Origin: Bacillota bacterium
GTDB lineage: Bacteria; Bacillota; Dehalobacteriia; UBA4068; UBA4997
Reading direction: 5' to 3'
Length of the DNA: 64,000 nt
Assembly: GCA_021769035.1 (NCBI GenBank)
Contig: JAETTP010000002.1
Location: forward strand, 7,189-71,188
This document shows positions 29,011 to 39,005 of the stretch, piece after piece. The notes under the pieces were generated by a model. It was not told the DNA's origin. It did not search any database and saw only the letters and a list, made by a program, of their open reading frames with translations. Position 1 is the stretch's first letter. Every line of letters starts with the position of its first letter. The translations under genes were made by a program, and so were the position numbers.

Positions 29011-29793
29011 TCAATCCAGCTGCCAAACCAACGATTGCCCCAACGCCGGGGCCACGCTCAGCCACTGGGGCAGCTCCGCCACCGAAATCTGCCGGCTCAA
29101 AACCGCCGCCGCCGTGTCGTAGGCCAGCTTGGGCGTGTTGTTGGTTTCACTCAAATGCGCCAGCATCACCGGGCAAACGCCCTGCCGCTGCCAAAGCCAG
29201 CTCACCAGCTCCGCCGTTTGCGCATTGGCCAAATGCCCCTGCTCGCTGGCCACCCGCCGCTTTAGCGCGTAGGGATAGGGCCCTTGCAGCAGCATTTGCC
29301 TGTCGTGGTTGGCCTCCAGCACCAGGCCTGCCAAAGGTTCAGCCGTCAACGCAGCCAGCATGCCGCGGGTGACGCAGCCGGTATCGGTGATATAAGCCAA
29401 ACGCTTGCCCTCTGCCTGAAACACCAGGCCCACCGGCTGAACCGCGTCGTGCGACGTTTTGCAGAAATCCAGCGCAATGTCCCCCAGCTGCAAGCCGTAG
29501 CTGTAATCATTTTGCAGGTAAGCCGGCACCTCCGACAGGCTGGCCCAGGTTTTGGGCGTGGCGTAAACCGGCAGGCTATATTTATAGGCCAGGCGGGCCA
29601 CTCCCTGCACGTGGTCGGCGTGCTCGTGCGTAAGCAAAATAGCCGTCAGCTGCTCCGGTCGCTCGCCCACGGCTTGCAGGGCCTTTTCCAGGCGGGCCGC
29701 AGAGAGGCCGGCGTCAATCAGCAGCTTGGTGTCGCCGGCGCAAATCAGGGCGCAGTTGCCCTTGGAGCTGCTGGCTAGTGTAAAAAAATACAT
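29011..29793 (-). CDS. MBL-fold metallo-hydrolase (YycJ/WalJ-like)
   Basis: THEHADH metal-binding motif. Position next to htrA and rlmH mirrors the yycJ-yycK-rlmH arrangement of Bacillus. Confidence 0.7.
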   Translation of the reverse strand: MYFFTLASSSKGNCALICAGDTKLLIDAGLSAARLEKALQAVGERPEQLTAILLTHEHADHVQGVARLAYKYSLPVYATPKTWASLSEVPAYLQNDYSYGLQLGDIALDFCKTSHDAVQPVGLVFQAEGKRLAYITDTGCVTRGMLAALTAEPLAGLVLEANHDRQMLLQGPYPYALKRRVASEQGHLANAQTAELVSWLWQRQGVCPVMLAHLSETNNTPKLAYDTAAAVLSRQISVAELPQWLSVAPALGQSLVWQLD

Positions 29794-29886
29794 CTCTTTC
29801 TCTTTTCATCTTTCTAAAATAATTATAACTAGCTTTTATGAAAAATATATGAACATTGGCAGAATTTTTCAAGAAAATTTATTAAA

Positions 29887-29904
29887 TCGCTAAGTGTTCA
29901 CACA
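29887..29904. repeat. 18-nt exact repeat TGTGTGAACACTTAGCGA (reverse orientation), copy 1
   Basis: Reverse complement of the 18-mer at 54849-54866. It lies ~30 bp upstream of the MBL-gene promoter and just after the hppA terminator. Confidence 0.6.
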
Positions 29905-29955
29905 TAAACCGGGCAGAGCGTTATTACTCTGCCCGGTTTTCGGTTCAAATCAATT

Positions 29956-31998
29956 TTACAGGAACAACGGCACAAACACCAGCGCAATAATCGTCATCAG
30001 CTTAATCAAGATGTTGATAGACGGGCCGGAGGTGTCCTTGAAAGGATCGCCCACGGTATCGCCGTTTACAGCTGCGGCGTGGGCGTCGGAGCCTTTGCCG
30101 CCGTGGTTGCCGTTCTCGATGTACTTTTTCGCATTATCCCAAGCGCCGCCGGCATTACTCATCATAACAGCCAGCAGAAAGCCGGTCACCAAGGAACCGG
30201 CCAGCAAGCCGCCCAAAGCTTCCGGCCCAAGCACCAGGCCAACCAGCAGCGGAGCCACCACAGCCAAAACGGCCGGCAGCACCATCTCGCGCAGGGCGGC
30301 GGTGGTGGAAATATCTACGCAACGGGCATAATCCGGTTTAGCAGTTCCCTCCATCAGGCCGGGGATTTCCCGGAACTGCCGACGTACCTCAGTAATCATA
30401 TGGGCAGCGGAACGGCCCACAGCGCTCATCGTCATAGCGGAGAACAGGAAAGGCAGCATACCGCCTACAAACAGGCCGATAACCACCATCGGGTTCATAA
30501 TATCAATGTTGGTAACCCCGGCTGCCTGGGTGTAGGCGGAGAACAGGGCCAGCGCTGTCAGCGCTGCGGAGCCGATAGCAAAGCCTTTGCCGATAGCGGC
30601 GGTGGTGTTGCCCACAGCGTCCAGGTTATCGGTAATCTCGCGCACGTGGTGCTCCAGGCCGGCCATCTCGGCAATGCCGCCGGCGTTGTCGGAAATCGGA
30701 CCGTAAGCGTCCACCGCCACCACAATGCCGGTGGTGGAAAGCATACCCACAGCGGCAATCGCAATGCCGTACAGGCCGGCAAAGTAATAGGCTGCAAAAA
30801 TACCGCAACAGATAACGATAATCGGCATAGCGGTGGAGGTCATACCGGTAGCAATACCGGAAATGATGTTGGTAGCCGTACCGGTTTCACAGGAAGCTGC
30901 AATTTCCTTAACCGGCTTGTACTCCGCCGAGGTGTAATATTCGGTAATTTTACCAATCAGGGTGCCGGCCACCAGACCCGCCACGCTGGCGATAAACACG
31001 CCCATGCTGGTGTAGCGGCCATCCAGGAAAGTTTCCGGCAACACAAATTTACAAATAACAAAGGTGCCGATAATGGACAGCAAAGTAGCTACGTATGTGC
31101 CGGTGTCCAATGCCTTTTGCGGATTTTTGCCCTCGCCGGTGCGCACAAAGAAAGTACCAGCAATACTGGAAATAATACCCCAAGCGGCCAGCAGCAGGGG
31201 CACAATCACGCCCTCGCCGTTGTTGCCGATAGCCAGGGAAGCGCCCAGAGCGATAGCGGCAATAACCGAGCCTACATAGGACTCAAACAAGTCGGAACCC
31301 ATACCGGCTACGTCGCCCACGTTATCGCCCACGTTATCAGCGATAACCGCCGGGTTGCGCGGGTCGTCCTCCGGGATACCGGCTTCCACCTTGCCCACCA
31401 GGTCGGCGCCCACGTCGGCCGCCTTGGTGTAGATACCGCCGCCCACACGGCCAAACAGAGCTACTGAGGAAGCGCCCAGAGAGAAGCCGTTAATTACAGC
31501 CGACTGACCGGGGAACAAAACAATAATAATACCTAAGCCTAGCAGGCCCAGGCCCACCACGCTCATACCCATAACAGCGCCGCCGGAAAAGGCTACGCCC
31601 AGGGCCTTGTTCAGGCCGCTTTGCTGCGCAGCGTTGGCCGTGCGGGCATTGGCCTTGGTGGCAATACGCATACCAATGTTGCCGGCCAAAATAGAGCACA
31701 CAGCACCAGCCACAAAGGGCACCACCGTCATCGGGTTCAGACCACCTTCCGTGCCGCCGGTGAGCATACCGGCCACCACAATCACCACGGCCATAGCGGC
31801 CACGAAAATCAGCAGGGTTTTGTACTGACGGCTCAAAAAGGCCATTGCACCCTCATGAATGGAGCCCATAATCTCCGTCATTTTGGCGTTGCCAGGCTCC
31901 ACCGAGGTTACACGCTTGGCCAACACCACGGCAAAAAGCAAGGCCAGCACGCCGCAGGCTGCCGCAATTATGGGAGCCATTGCATTCAATTCACTCAT
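29956..31998 (-). CDS. hppA: membrane-bound proton/sodium-translocating pyrophosphatase
   Basis: 680 aa with ~16 TM helices and conserved [12 protein letters not shown] motifs. Confidence 0.9.
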   Translation of the reverse strand: MSELNAMAPIIAAACGVLALLFAVVLAKRVTSVEPGNAKMTEIMGSIHEGAMAFLSRQYKTLLIFVAAMAVVIVVAGMLTGGTEGGLNPMTVVPFVAGAVCSILAGNIGMRIATKANARTANAAQQSGLNKALGVAFSGGAVMGMSVVGLGLLGLGIIIVLFPGQSAVINGFSLGASSVALFGRVGGGIYTKAADVGADLVGKVEAGIPEDDPRNPAVIADNVGDNVGDVAGMGSDLFESYVGSVIAAIALGASLAIGNNGEGVIVPLLLAAWGIISSIAGTFFVRTGEGKNPQKALDTGTYVATLLSIIGTFVICKFVLPETFLDGRYTSMGVFIASVAGLVAGTLIGKITEYYTSAEYKPVKEIAASCETGTATNIISGIATGMTSTAMPIIVICCGIFAAYYFAGLYGIAIAAVGMLSTTGIVVAVDAYGPISDNAGGIAEMAGLEHHVREITDNLDAVGNTTAAIGKGFAIGSAALTALALFSAYTQAAGVTNIDIMNPMVVIGLFVGGMLPFLFSAMTMSAVGRSAAHMITEVRRQFREIPGLMEGTAKPDYARCVDISTTAALREMVLPAVLAVVAPLLVGLVLGPEALGGLLAGSLVTGFLLAVMMSNAGGAWDNAKKYIENGNHGGKGSDAHAAAVNGDTVGDPFKDTSGPSINILIKLMTIIALVFVPLFL

Positions 31999-32062
31999 AA
32001 TTTTCTCCTTATCCTCCTGTTCTTTTTAAACAAACTTAACCCTTTCTTTTTAACGGCCAGGG

Positions 32063-32284
32063 TTAAAACATGGCCAGCAGCAGTGTCAGCAGCAAAAACA
32101 GCGCCGAAGCCGCGATTGAGCACTTGCTAAGCATCTCGTCCATACCTTTCTTTTTGCCGAAAAAGGTTTCCGCACCACCGGCAATGGAGCCGCTCAAACC
32201 CGCGCTTTTGCTGGACTGCAACAAAACGCTGACAATCAGCGCAATGGCGCACAGCATTTGCAAAATAGTCAACACCAAAGTCAA
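32063..32284 (-). CDS. secG: preprotein translocase subunit SecG
   Basis: 73 aa with two TM helices and the LLQSSKSAGLSG motif. Confidence 0.7.
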   Translation of the reverse strand: MTLVLTILQMLCAIALIVSVLLQSSKSAGLSGSIAGGAETFFGKKKGMDEMLSKCSIAASALFLLLTLLLAMF

Positions 32285-32549
32285 AATTTTTCACCTCCGC
32301 TTCCCTGCAACTATCTTTATTAAATTTAAAACGTATTAAAGTACCTTGTATTTTAACATATTTTGGGCTTATTAGCAAGGCATTTTCCAATTTTTTTGTA
32401 TAACTTGGCCGGAAATTTAATTTTATTTTTTCCCTAAACCCCGCAAGCTAAAAATGATTTTATTTTTTTGTAGACGTAAGCCCAAAAATGTGATAATATT
32501 TATTTATAGCCCTTATGCCAAAATTTAATCCCCTAAGGAGGAATTTTCA

Positions 32550-33122
32550 ATGAACGATAATTTGGCCCGCACTGAATATCAACGCAGCGAGTTACTGAAC
32601 GGCCGTTTGGTTATGATGTCGCCCCGACTGGCCTACAATCATAACCGTATCGCCAGCAATATTTTTAAGCTTTTTGATAACTATCTTGCCGGCAAAAATT
32701 GCACCGCTATCGCCGACGGCACCGACCTTTATCTCACGGAAAAAGACCGCCTGGTGCCGGATATGATGATTGTCTGCGACCGCGATAAAATCAAATATAA
32801 CGGCGTGCACGGCGCGCCCGATTTACTGGTGGAGGTGCTCTCGCCCGGCACCTACAAAAACGACCGCGGCTACAAAAAAAACCTGTACGCCAAATGCGGC
32901 GTGCGCGAATACTGGCTGGTGGAACCGGCCAGCTTCACGGTGGAGCAATATCTGCTGGAGAATGATCAGCTGGAGATTGCCGAAATTTATCACCTTTACC
33001 CCGATTATATGCTGGCCGATATGGACGAGCAGGAACTGGCGGCGATTGTTACCGCGTTCAAATGCAGCCTCTACGACGATTTGCTGATTAAGCTTGAGGA
33101 TATTTTTGCCAATTTAATTTAA
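32550..33122 (+). CDS. Uma2-family endonuclease (DUF820)
   Basis: PD-(D/E)XK-like core (DLYLTE...PDLLVEVLSP...EYWLVEP). Confidence 0.7.
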   Translation: MNDNLARTEYQRSELLNGRLVMMSPRLAYNHNRIASNIFKLFDNYLAGKNCTAIADGTDLYLTEKDRLVPDMMIVCDRDKIKYNGVHGAPDLLVEVLSPGTYKNDRGYKKNLYAKCGVREYWLVEPASFTVEQYLLENDQLEIAEIYHLYPDYMLADMDEQELAAIVTAFKCSLYDDLLIKLEDIFANLI

Positions 33123-33138
33123 GTAAGGAAGTGTTACG

Positions 33139-34332
33139 ATGTCTGAAAACTCACCCCGCCCCAACCCGCTGCTGGAACAGCGTTTTGAGCAGCTGGCGCA
33201 GGGCTTTTTAGTTTTTTGCCAAAGCGACGCGCTGCTGCCGAACGAGCTGCAAACGCCCCCGGTGTTCTTCAACGCCCCACAGGTGAAAAAGCTACTGACC
33301 TTCACCGATGACCACGAGGAATTTATGCCGGCCCTGCTGGAAACGCTGGCCCAAATCGGCCAAATGTCGATTTATCGCGGCTCTCTGGTGGGCTATCTAA
33401 TTGGCCTCTTCGGCGAAAAGGGCTATGACAGCCGCCAAACGGACGCAGCCCTGGTGGATTTTTACCAGCGCGTGGTGCAGCTTAATGAGCAATATGTGGC
33501 GGCCGCCTGCCACCGCCTGGGCGTGGAACCCAGGCAACTGGCCGAGGACGACGCGCTGCTGAAGCGATTGGATATTCTGCCGCCGGCGGAGGCCGCGCCG
33601 GGTCAGCCTCAGCTGCAACAGGCCTGGTGCGCCTTTTCGCCTCTCTCGTTTGGCATGATGTCGCGTTTGGCGGCCAGCCGGCCAGCGCGGGAGCGTATGC
33701 GCAGCCACAATGCAAACGGCCGCCTGCCCAGCCTTTGCCGCCTGCTAAGCGAATGGCACGAGGCCGTCGGCTATATCCCCTATATGCTGGATTTGGCGGA
33801 GGACGAAACGGCCCTGGTGATTGCCCCGGCCACCGGGCGCGGCGTGGAGGTGCGTCTGCAACAAATCGACAGCAACAACCTCTTCTTTACCCTGCTGCAA
33901 TTCGCCCTCTATCATAAAAACCTGCTGAACGCTCTGGATGCCGGGCCTTTCACCTACGACCCGGTTATTGAAAAAATCGCCCTGCACCAGCCGGTAGACG
34001 AAGAGGAATATCCCCAGCAGCTTTATCAGCAGGGCTGCCTAGGCTACTACAACTGGCGGGCCATGGGCACGGCCGGCATATTCGGCGGCCGTTTTGACGA
34101 AATGCAGGCCGTCTGGGGCGAGGGCTGCTTTGCCGAGGTGCCCCGGCTGAACGGCAGACCGGTGATTTTGGTAGGCCGGCCGCAGATTTTGCGCAGCTGG
34201 GGCCAAGCCTTTGTGGCCAGCACTCACATCAACCTGCAGCCCAGCGTGGAAATCCTGCGCGAGCTCTCCCAGGCGGAGGTGCAGCTGTGCCTGACGGAAA
34301 TCCAAAGCGCCAGCCGCCGCCTAGTCGATTAA
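33139..34332 (+). CDS. hypothetical protein (397 aa)
   Basis: High-GC ORF co-directional with Uma2 and cobD, 16-bp gap upstream. No family recognised. Confidence 0.5.
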   Translation: MSENSPRPNPLLEQRFEQLAQGFLVFCQSDALLPNELQTPPVFFNAPQVKKLLTFTDDHEEFMPALLETLAQIGQMSIYRGSLVGYLIGLFGEKGYDSRQTDAALVDFYQRVVQLNEQYVAAACHRLGVEPRQLAEDDALLKRLDILPPAEAAPGQPQLQQAWCAFSPLSFGMMSRLAASRPARERMRSHNANGRLPSLCRLLSEWHEAVGYIPYMLDLAEDETALVIAPATGRGVEVRLQQIDSNNLFFTLLQFALYHKNLLNALDAGPFTYDPVIEKIALHQPVDEEEYPQQLYQQGCLGYYNWRAMGTAGIFGGRFDEMQAVWGEGCFAEVPRLNGRPVILVGRPQILRSWGQAFVASTHINLQPSVEILRELSQAEVQLCLTEIQSASRRLVD

Positions 34333-34350
34333 TTTATATATGAAAGGAAA

Positions 34351-35430
34351 ATGTTAATGCACATTCACGGTGGTGATATTTACACTTATCAGGGAATGTT
34401 GGATTTTTCGGCCAACATCAACCCGTTGGGCCTGCCGGAGGCCGTGGTGCAGGCGGCCGCCAAAGGGGCGGCCCTATCCGCCGCCTATCCCGACACCCAA
34501 TGCCGGGCCCTGCGCCAGGCTTTGGCCCAAACCGAGGGGCCCGGCTGGCTGCAACCGGACAACATCATCTGCGGCAACGGCGCGGCAGACCTCATCTTTA
34601 TGCTGGCCCTGGCGGCCAAGCCCCGGCGGGCCCTGCTGCTGGCCCCCGGCTTTCACGAATATGAACAGGCCCTGCGCGCCGTCGGCTGCCAAATCAGCTA
34701 CTATTATTTGCCGGAAGCGGAGGGCTTTCAGCTGGACGTGGCCCGTTTGCTGGCCCAAATGCAGGCGGAAAAGCCGGATATGCTGTTCCTCTGCAACCCC
34801 AATAACCCTACCGGCCTGGCCTTGCCCCAGCCGGAGCTGCAACCACTGGCCGAGCGCTGCCGGCAGACGGGCGCGCTGCTGGTGCTGGACGAGTGTTTTA
34901 ATGAGTTTTTGGACGAGCCCGCGGCCTACACCCTGAAGCCGCTGCTGCCCGCCAACCAGCAGCTTTTTATATTGAAAGCCTTCACCAAGCTTTACGCTAT
35001 GCCGGGCCTGCGTTTGGGTTTTGGCCTTTGCACCAACGCCGCCCTGCTGGCCCAAATGGAGGCCTGCGCACAGCCCTGGCGGGTTTCTACACCGGCGCAG
35101 CTGGCCGGCCTGGCCGCCTTGCAGGAAACGGCTTACGTGGCCCAGGCGCAGGCGTTGGTGCAGCAGGAGCGGGCCTTTCTGCTGACAGAATTGAACAAAC
35201 TGGGCTTGCAAACCTACAACTCTATGGCTAATTACCTGTTTTTCCGCGCTCCGCAAGCGCCAAAGCTGGCCGAGGCCTGCCGCAGCCAACAGCCCGGCGT
35301 TTTAATCCGCGATTGCAGCAATTATGTAGGTTTGGAGCCGGGCTACTTCCGGGTGGCCGTGCGCACCCGTCTGGAAAATGAGCAGCTTTTGCAGGCCTTG
35401 GCCGCCGGCTTGCAGGAGGTGTCGGCATGA
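34351..35430 (+). CDS. cobD: threonine-phosphate decarboxylase (CobD-like PLP aminotransferase-fold enzyme)
   Basis: N-terminal HGGD...LDFSANINPLG matches the CobD signature. Resembles a class I/II aminotransferase fold. It overlaps cobO by 4 nt. Confidence 0.7.
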   Translation: MLMHIHGGDIYTYQGMLDFSANINPLGLPEAVVQAAAKGAALSAAYPDTQCRALRQALAQTEGPGWLQPDNIICGNGAADLIFMLALAAKPRRALLLAPGFHEYEQALRAVGCQISYYYLPEAEGFQLDVARLLAQMQAEKPDMLFLCNPNNPTGLALPQPELQPLAERCRQTGALLVLDECFNEFLDEPAAYTLKPLLPANQQLFILKAFTKLYAMPGLRLGFGLCTNAALLAQMEACAQPWRVSTPAQLAGLAALQETAYVAQAQALVQQERAFLLTELNKLGLQTYNSMANYLFFRAPQAPKLAEACRSQQPGVLIRDCSNYVGLEPGYFRVAVRTRLENEQLLQALAAGLQEVSA

Positions 35431-35975
35431 CGAGCTGCACAACGCCAGACACGCCGGGCCTGATTCATATTTACACCGGCGACGGTAAAGGCAAAACCAC
35501 GGCGGCCGTCGGTTTGGCAGTGCGCTGCGCTGGCAGCGACGGGCAAGTTGTTTTTTGCCAGTTTATGAAAAATAACCGCTCTTCGGAGCTAAATATTCTG
35601 CGCCAGCTGCCGCAAATTCAGCTGGTGCAGGCGGAGCAATGCTTCGGCTTCTATAAATACCTGAACGAAGAGCAACAAGCCGCCGCTGCCCTGGTTTGCA
35701 GCCAACTGCTGGAGCAGGCCATAGCCGCCGCTGAAGAAAGTAACGCCCGGCTTTTGGTGCTGGACGAAGCTATCTCCAGCTACAACCACGGGCTACTGCC
35801 CCGGCAACGTCTGCTGGACTTTTTGCAGCACAAGCCGGCCGGGCTGGAGGTGGCGCTGACCGGCCGCGACCCCGCGCCGGAGCTGGCAGAGCTGGCCGAC
35901 TATCTTTCGGATATTCGCAAAATCAAGCACCCGTTTGACAAGGGGATTGCTGCCAGAGAAGGCATCGAAAAATAG
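35427..35975 (+). CDS. cobO: cob(I)yrinic acid a,c-diamide adenosyltransferase (CobO/CobA/BtuR)
   Basis: P-loop IYTGDGKGKTTAAVGLAVR and the xLDEaxxSYN motif. Confidence 0.8.
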   Translation: MTSCTTPDTPGLIHIYTGDGKGKTTAAVGLAVRCAGSDGQVVFCQFMKNNRSSELNILRQLPQIQLVQAEQCFGFYKYLNEEQQAAAALVCSQLLEQAIAAAEESNARLLVLDEAISSYNHGLLPRQRLLDFLQHKPAGLEVALTGRDPAPELAELADYLSDIRKIKHPFDKGIAAREGIEK

Positions 35976-36087
35976 CTAAATATAAGCAAAGCGACGTTTC
36001 TCCACGGAACGCCGCTATAAATTAAGATGGCATTTCCCATTACCTCTGGGCCAAATGCCGTCTTGTTTTTTTGCGATATTGGCGAAA

Positions 36088-36291
36088 TTATTCGTCCGTA
36101 AATTCAAACAGCTCCTCCACCGTCGTCTGAAAAACTCCGGCAATATCCATTGCCAGCTTCAACGAGGGATTATATTTGCCATTTTCCAAATGGACAATCG
36201 TTTCACGCCGAGCGTGCACCAATTCCGCCAATTCGCTTTGCTTTAAGCCTGCTTTTTCTCGATATTCCTTAATCCTTGTTTTAAGAGACAC
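36088..36291 (-). CDS. XRE-family HTH transcriptional regulator (67 aa)
   Basis: [23 protein letters not shown]. Its start is 1 nt from the stop of the upstream membrane-protein gene. Confidence 0.7.
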   Translation of the reverse strand: MSLKTRIKEYREKAGLKQSELAELVHARRETIVHLENGKYNPSLKLAMDIAGVFQTTVEELFEFTDE

Positions 36292-36292
36292 C

Positions 36293-36697
36293 TCAGACTC
36301 CCTTACTGTCCATCACGCAAAAGATGACGAAGCGGACAACGGCCAGCAGCAATATCAGGCCCACCAGCGCATAGCCCGCCGCCACGCCGTCTATACATCG
36401 GAGGGCACAGGCAAAGGCGATGACGGCGGCGGCCGCCACCATGATCTTTAGGCCGATTGCATCTGTTCTGCGTAAATTTTGAATTGCCAACTCGTCCTTT
36501 TCTTCTTTGCTGTATTTCCAAATTCGGATTGCCTGCAACCCAAAAAAAATAACGGTAAATATGACAAGCATATCCTGAATTGTCGTATAGTAATCCTGCC
36601 AATCCCGCCTGGCCCACATCCAGTAGTAGCAGGCCAGCAGCATTGCATAAACAATTTTTGTTCCCACAATTTCCTTTAAGGTGACTTTCGTTTTCAT
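36293..36697 (-). CDS. hypothetical membrane protein (4 TM)
   Basis: Hydrophobic 134-aa ORF co-operonic with the small XRE regulator. Confidence 0.5.
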   Translation of the reverse strand: MKTKVTLKEIVGTKIVYAMLLACYYWMWARRDWQDYYTTIQDMLVIFTVIFFGLQAIRIWKYSKEEKDELAIQNLRRTDAIGLKIMVAAAAVIAFACALRCIDGVAAGYALVGLILLLAVVRFVIFCVMDSKGV

Positions 36698-36787
36698 CGT
36701 CCAACCCCTCCAAGTGATATATTTTTAACTTTATTAATGTTATAAATATATCACTTTTACAAGGTTTTGTCAATAGCAAAAGCCAAT

Positions 36788-37573
36788 TTAACGCAAAGGT
36801 TGGGCCGCCTCCGCGTGCTGCACAAATATATCCGCAATGCCGTCCAGCTCGCCTAGGCCGCGCAGCACACAGTCCACCTGATAGCCGGCCTCCTGCAAGC
36901 GGCTTTTCCAGCTGTCCGGTTCATCGCCGGCCATATCGTTGGTGGCGTGGTCGCCTGCCACAATCATAAAAGGCGCTAAACGCACCCGGCGATAAGGCGT
37001 TTTAGCCAACAAGCTAAGCACGTTATCCAAAGCCGGATAGGCCTCCACCGTGCCGACAAAAATATTCGTATGCCCAACATCCTTAAACATATAATCCAGC
37101 GCGGCGTAAACCGGGTTGATTTGGTGGCTGGTGCCGTGGCCCATCAAAACCAGCGCCTTGTCCGGCTCGCCGTCCAGCTCCTTAGCCACCACGTCAATCG
37201 TCTTAAACATATCCGCCGCCTCGGCCAGCAGCGGCTGGCCCACGCTCAGCTGGGCGAAGTTGCCTGCCTGGGCCTGAAGCTCCGCCAGCATCAAATCATT
37301 TTCCACACCGGGCAAAATATGCGTGGGCTGCACCAGCACATCGTCAACGCCCTCCGCCTGCATCCGGGCCAGGGCCTGGGCCACAGTGTCCACCTGCAAA
37401 TTCTGCTCCCGGCCCACCTTGGCAATAATCATCCTGCTGGTCCAGGCGCGATACAGCTTGCGCTCCGGAAAAGCGGCCTGCAAAGTTGCTTCCAGTTTTT
37501 CAATAGTTTTCGCTCTAGTTTCAGGATAGCTGGTGCCAAAACTAACCACCAGCAACGCCTTGTTTTGCTCCAT
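36788..37573 (-). CDS. cbiK: sirohydrochlorin cobaltochelatase (anaerobic type)
   Basis: CbiK/CbiX-like N-terminus (LLVVSFGTSYPETR) and a conserved His-containing C-terminus. Confidence 0.75.
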   Translation of the reverse strand: MEQNKALLVVSFGTSYPETRAKTIEKLEATLQAAFPERKLYRAWTSRMIIAKVGREQNLQVDTVAQALARMQAEGVDDVLVQPTHILPGVENDLMLAELQAQAGNFAQLSVGQPLLAEAADMFKTIDVVAKELDGEPDKALVLMGHGTSHQINPVYAALDYMFKDVGHTNIFVGTVEAYPALDNVLSLLAKTPYRRVRLAPFMIVAGDHATNDMAGDEPDSWKSRLQEAGYQVDCVLRGLGELDGIADIFVQHAEAAQPLR

Positions 37574-37776
37574 CGTTTAACCTCCCAACAGCTTAACAAG
37601 TTTCATTTTGAAAAATATTGGAATTAGATATTCGTCCCCGCAAGCCAAAACCCTGCTTGCTGCTTATATTATGCGCCAGGCCGGCTGAAAATAATAGGGT
37701 GAATAAAAAAAGCCCCCGAAGAAGCGCGTCCTCAGGGGGCTTGAAATCCTTTAACTTTTGTGCCAAAAACGAAAAA

Positions 37777-37953
37777 TTACTTCCATTTGCGTTTTCTGGC
37801 GGCCTCAGACTTTTTCTTTCTTCTGACGCTAGGCTTTTCATAGTGTTCATGCTTACGGATTTCGCTCATAACGCCGGAACGCTGGCAGGTCCGTTTAAAC
37901 CTACGCAAAGCACTGTCAAGGGACTCATTCTTGCCAACTTTGACCTCGCTCAC
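37777..37953 (-). CDS. rpsU: 30S ribosomal protein S21
   Basis: GTG start at 37953 after a GGAGGGG RBS. The product [58 protein letters not shown] matches S21. It is not in the ORF track because of the GTG start. Confidence 0.8.
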   Translation of the reverse strand: MSEVKVGKNESLDSALRRFKRTCQRSGVMSEIRKHEHYEKPSVRRKKKSEAARKRKWK

Positions 37954-38227
37954 TGTTTCCCCTCCCCTCGCAATCAGCGGCTACCCGCTGAAGACTTGCA
38001 GGATAACATCCTCGAAATTATGTCAACCGCAAAAAGCGGCGCTCTCACAAAAAAAACAGCTTAACAAATCAACTGCCAAAAAGGTGAACCGGCCCCGACA
38101 AAATATCCCTTTGCAGGCTGATATTACGGCCGGTAAAAACATCACCTAAAATATTATATAATTTTTTGCGTGGATAGTCAACAGTTTTTTCCGCAATCGG
38201 CTAATTTTAATTCAGTTTTTTCTCAAA

Positions 38228-38572
38228 TCAGCCCCGAATATCCCCCAAAGGCTCCCCACCCAGCAGATGATAGTGCAGATGAGCCACCTCCTGGCCGGAA
38301 TTGGGGCCGCTGTTGGCCACCACCCGGAAGCCGCTTTCCGCCACGCCCTCCTGCTCCGCCAGCTGCCGGGCCAAAAGCTGCATTTTGCCCAGCAGGGCCG
38401 CGTCCTCCGGCCCGGCCTCCGCCAGGCTGGCTAAATGCTTTTTGGGAATCAGCAAAATATGCACCGGCGCTTTGGGCGCAATATCCCGAAAAGCCAAAAT
38501 CTCCTCGTCCTCGTAAACCTTGGTGCTGGGGATTTCCCCCGCCGCAATTTTGCAAAACAAACAGTCGCTCAT
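38228..38572 (-). CDS. HIT-family (histidine triad) protein
   Basis: CLFCKI... and the HxHxHLL triad (AHLHYHLLGG). Confidence 0.8.
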   Translation of the reverse strand: MSDCLFCKIAAGEIPSTKVYEDEEILAFRDIAPKAPVHILLIPKKHLASLAEAGPEDAALLGKMQLLARQLAEQEGVAESGFRVVANSGPNSGQEVAHLHYHLLGGEPLGDIRG

Positions 38573-38601
38573 AAAAATCTCTCCTTTTTACATTAAACTT
38601 T

Positions 38602-38997
38602 TTACATTAAATCTGAAAGCAGCTTAACAATCCGAGAGGTATCGGCCGTATAGCAATAATCAGTCGACACAATTCTACTATTATCCAGGATTGTAAATTG
38701 CCCAATCGCTTCATTTTCAGCACTAAAAATATTTATTACGTACAGATAACCGTTTTCGCTATGCTTAACCTTTCTTTTTATAATCGGTGACAGATCGTTC
38801 AGCTGTTGAACCAGTTGAGAAACCTCCTCGCTGTCCGCAATCCTGGCCTGCGCACCGCTCAAGCCGTCCAATACGTCAACATACGCGCCAGCAGAGGCGG
38901 TTAGCTCAAACCGGCCTGGCAAAGCGTACCGCAACCCGGCTGCTACCAACAACGCAAGCAACAACAGCCATAGCAATTTTCGCTTTTGATGCACCAT
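38602..38997 (-). CDS. hypothetical membrane-anchored protein
   Basis: N-terminal TM/signal anchor LLWLLLLALLVAAGL. Confidence 0.45.
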   Translation of the reverse strand: MVHQKRKLLWLLLLALLVAAGLRYALPGRFELTASAGAYVDVLDGLSGAQARIADSEEVSQLVQQLNDLSPIIKRKVKHSENGYLYVINIFSAENEAIGQFTILDNSRIVSTDYCYTADTSRIVKLLSDLM

Positions 38998-39005
38998 AGC
39001 TCCCT

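Noticed and set aside
30079-31467. 462-aa plus-strand ORF
   Set aside because: Antisense to the pyrophosphatase gene. Gly/His/Ala-rich noise.
37574-37776. Cobalamin riboswitch upstream of cbiK, and likewise upstream of the cobD cluster
   Set aside because: No B12-box-like GCCACTG core or matching paired elements were seen. The spacer is mostly the rpsU terminator plus a short leader.
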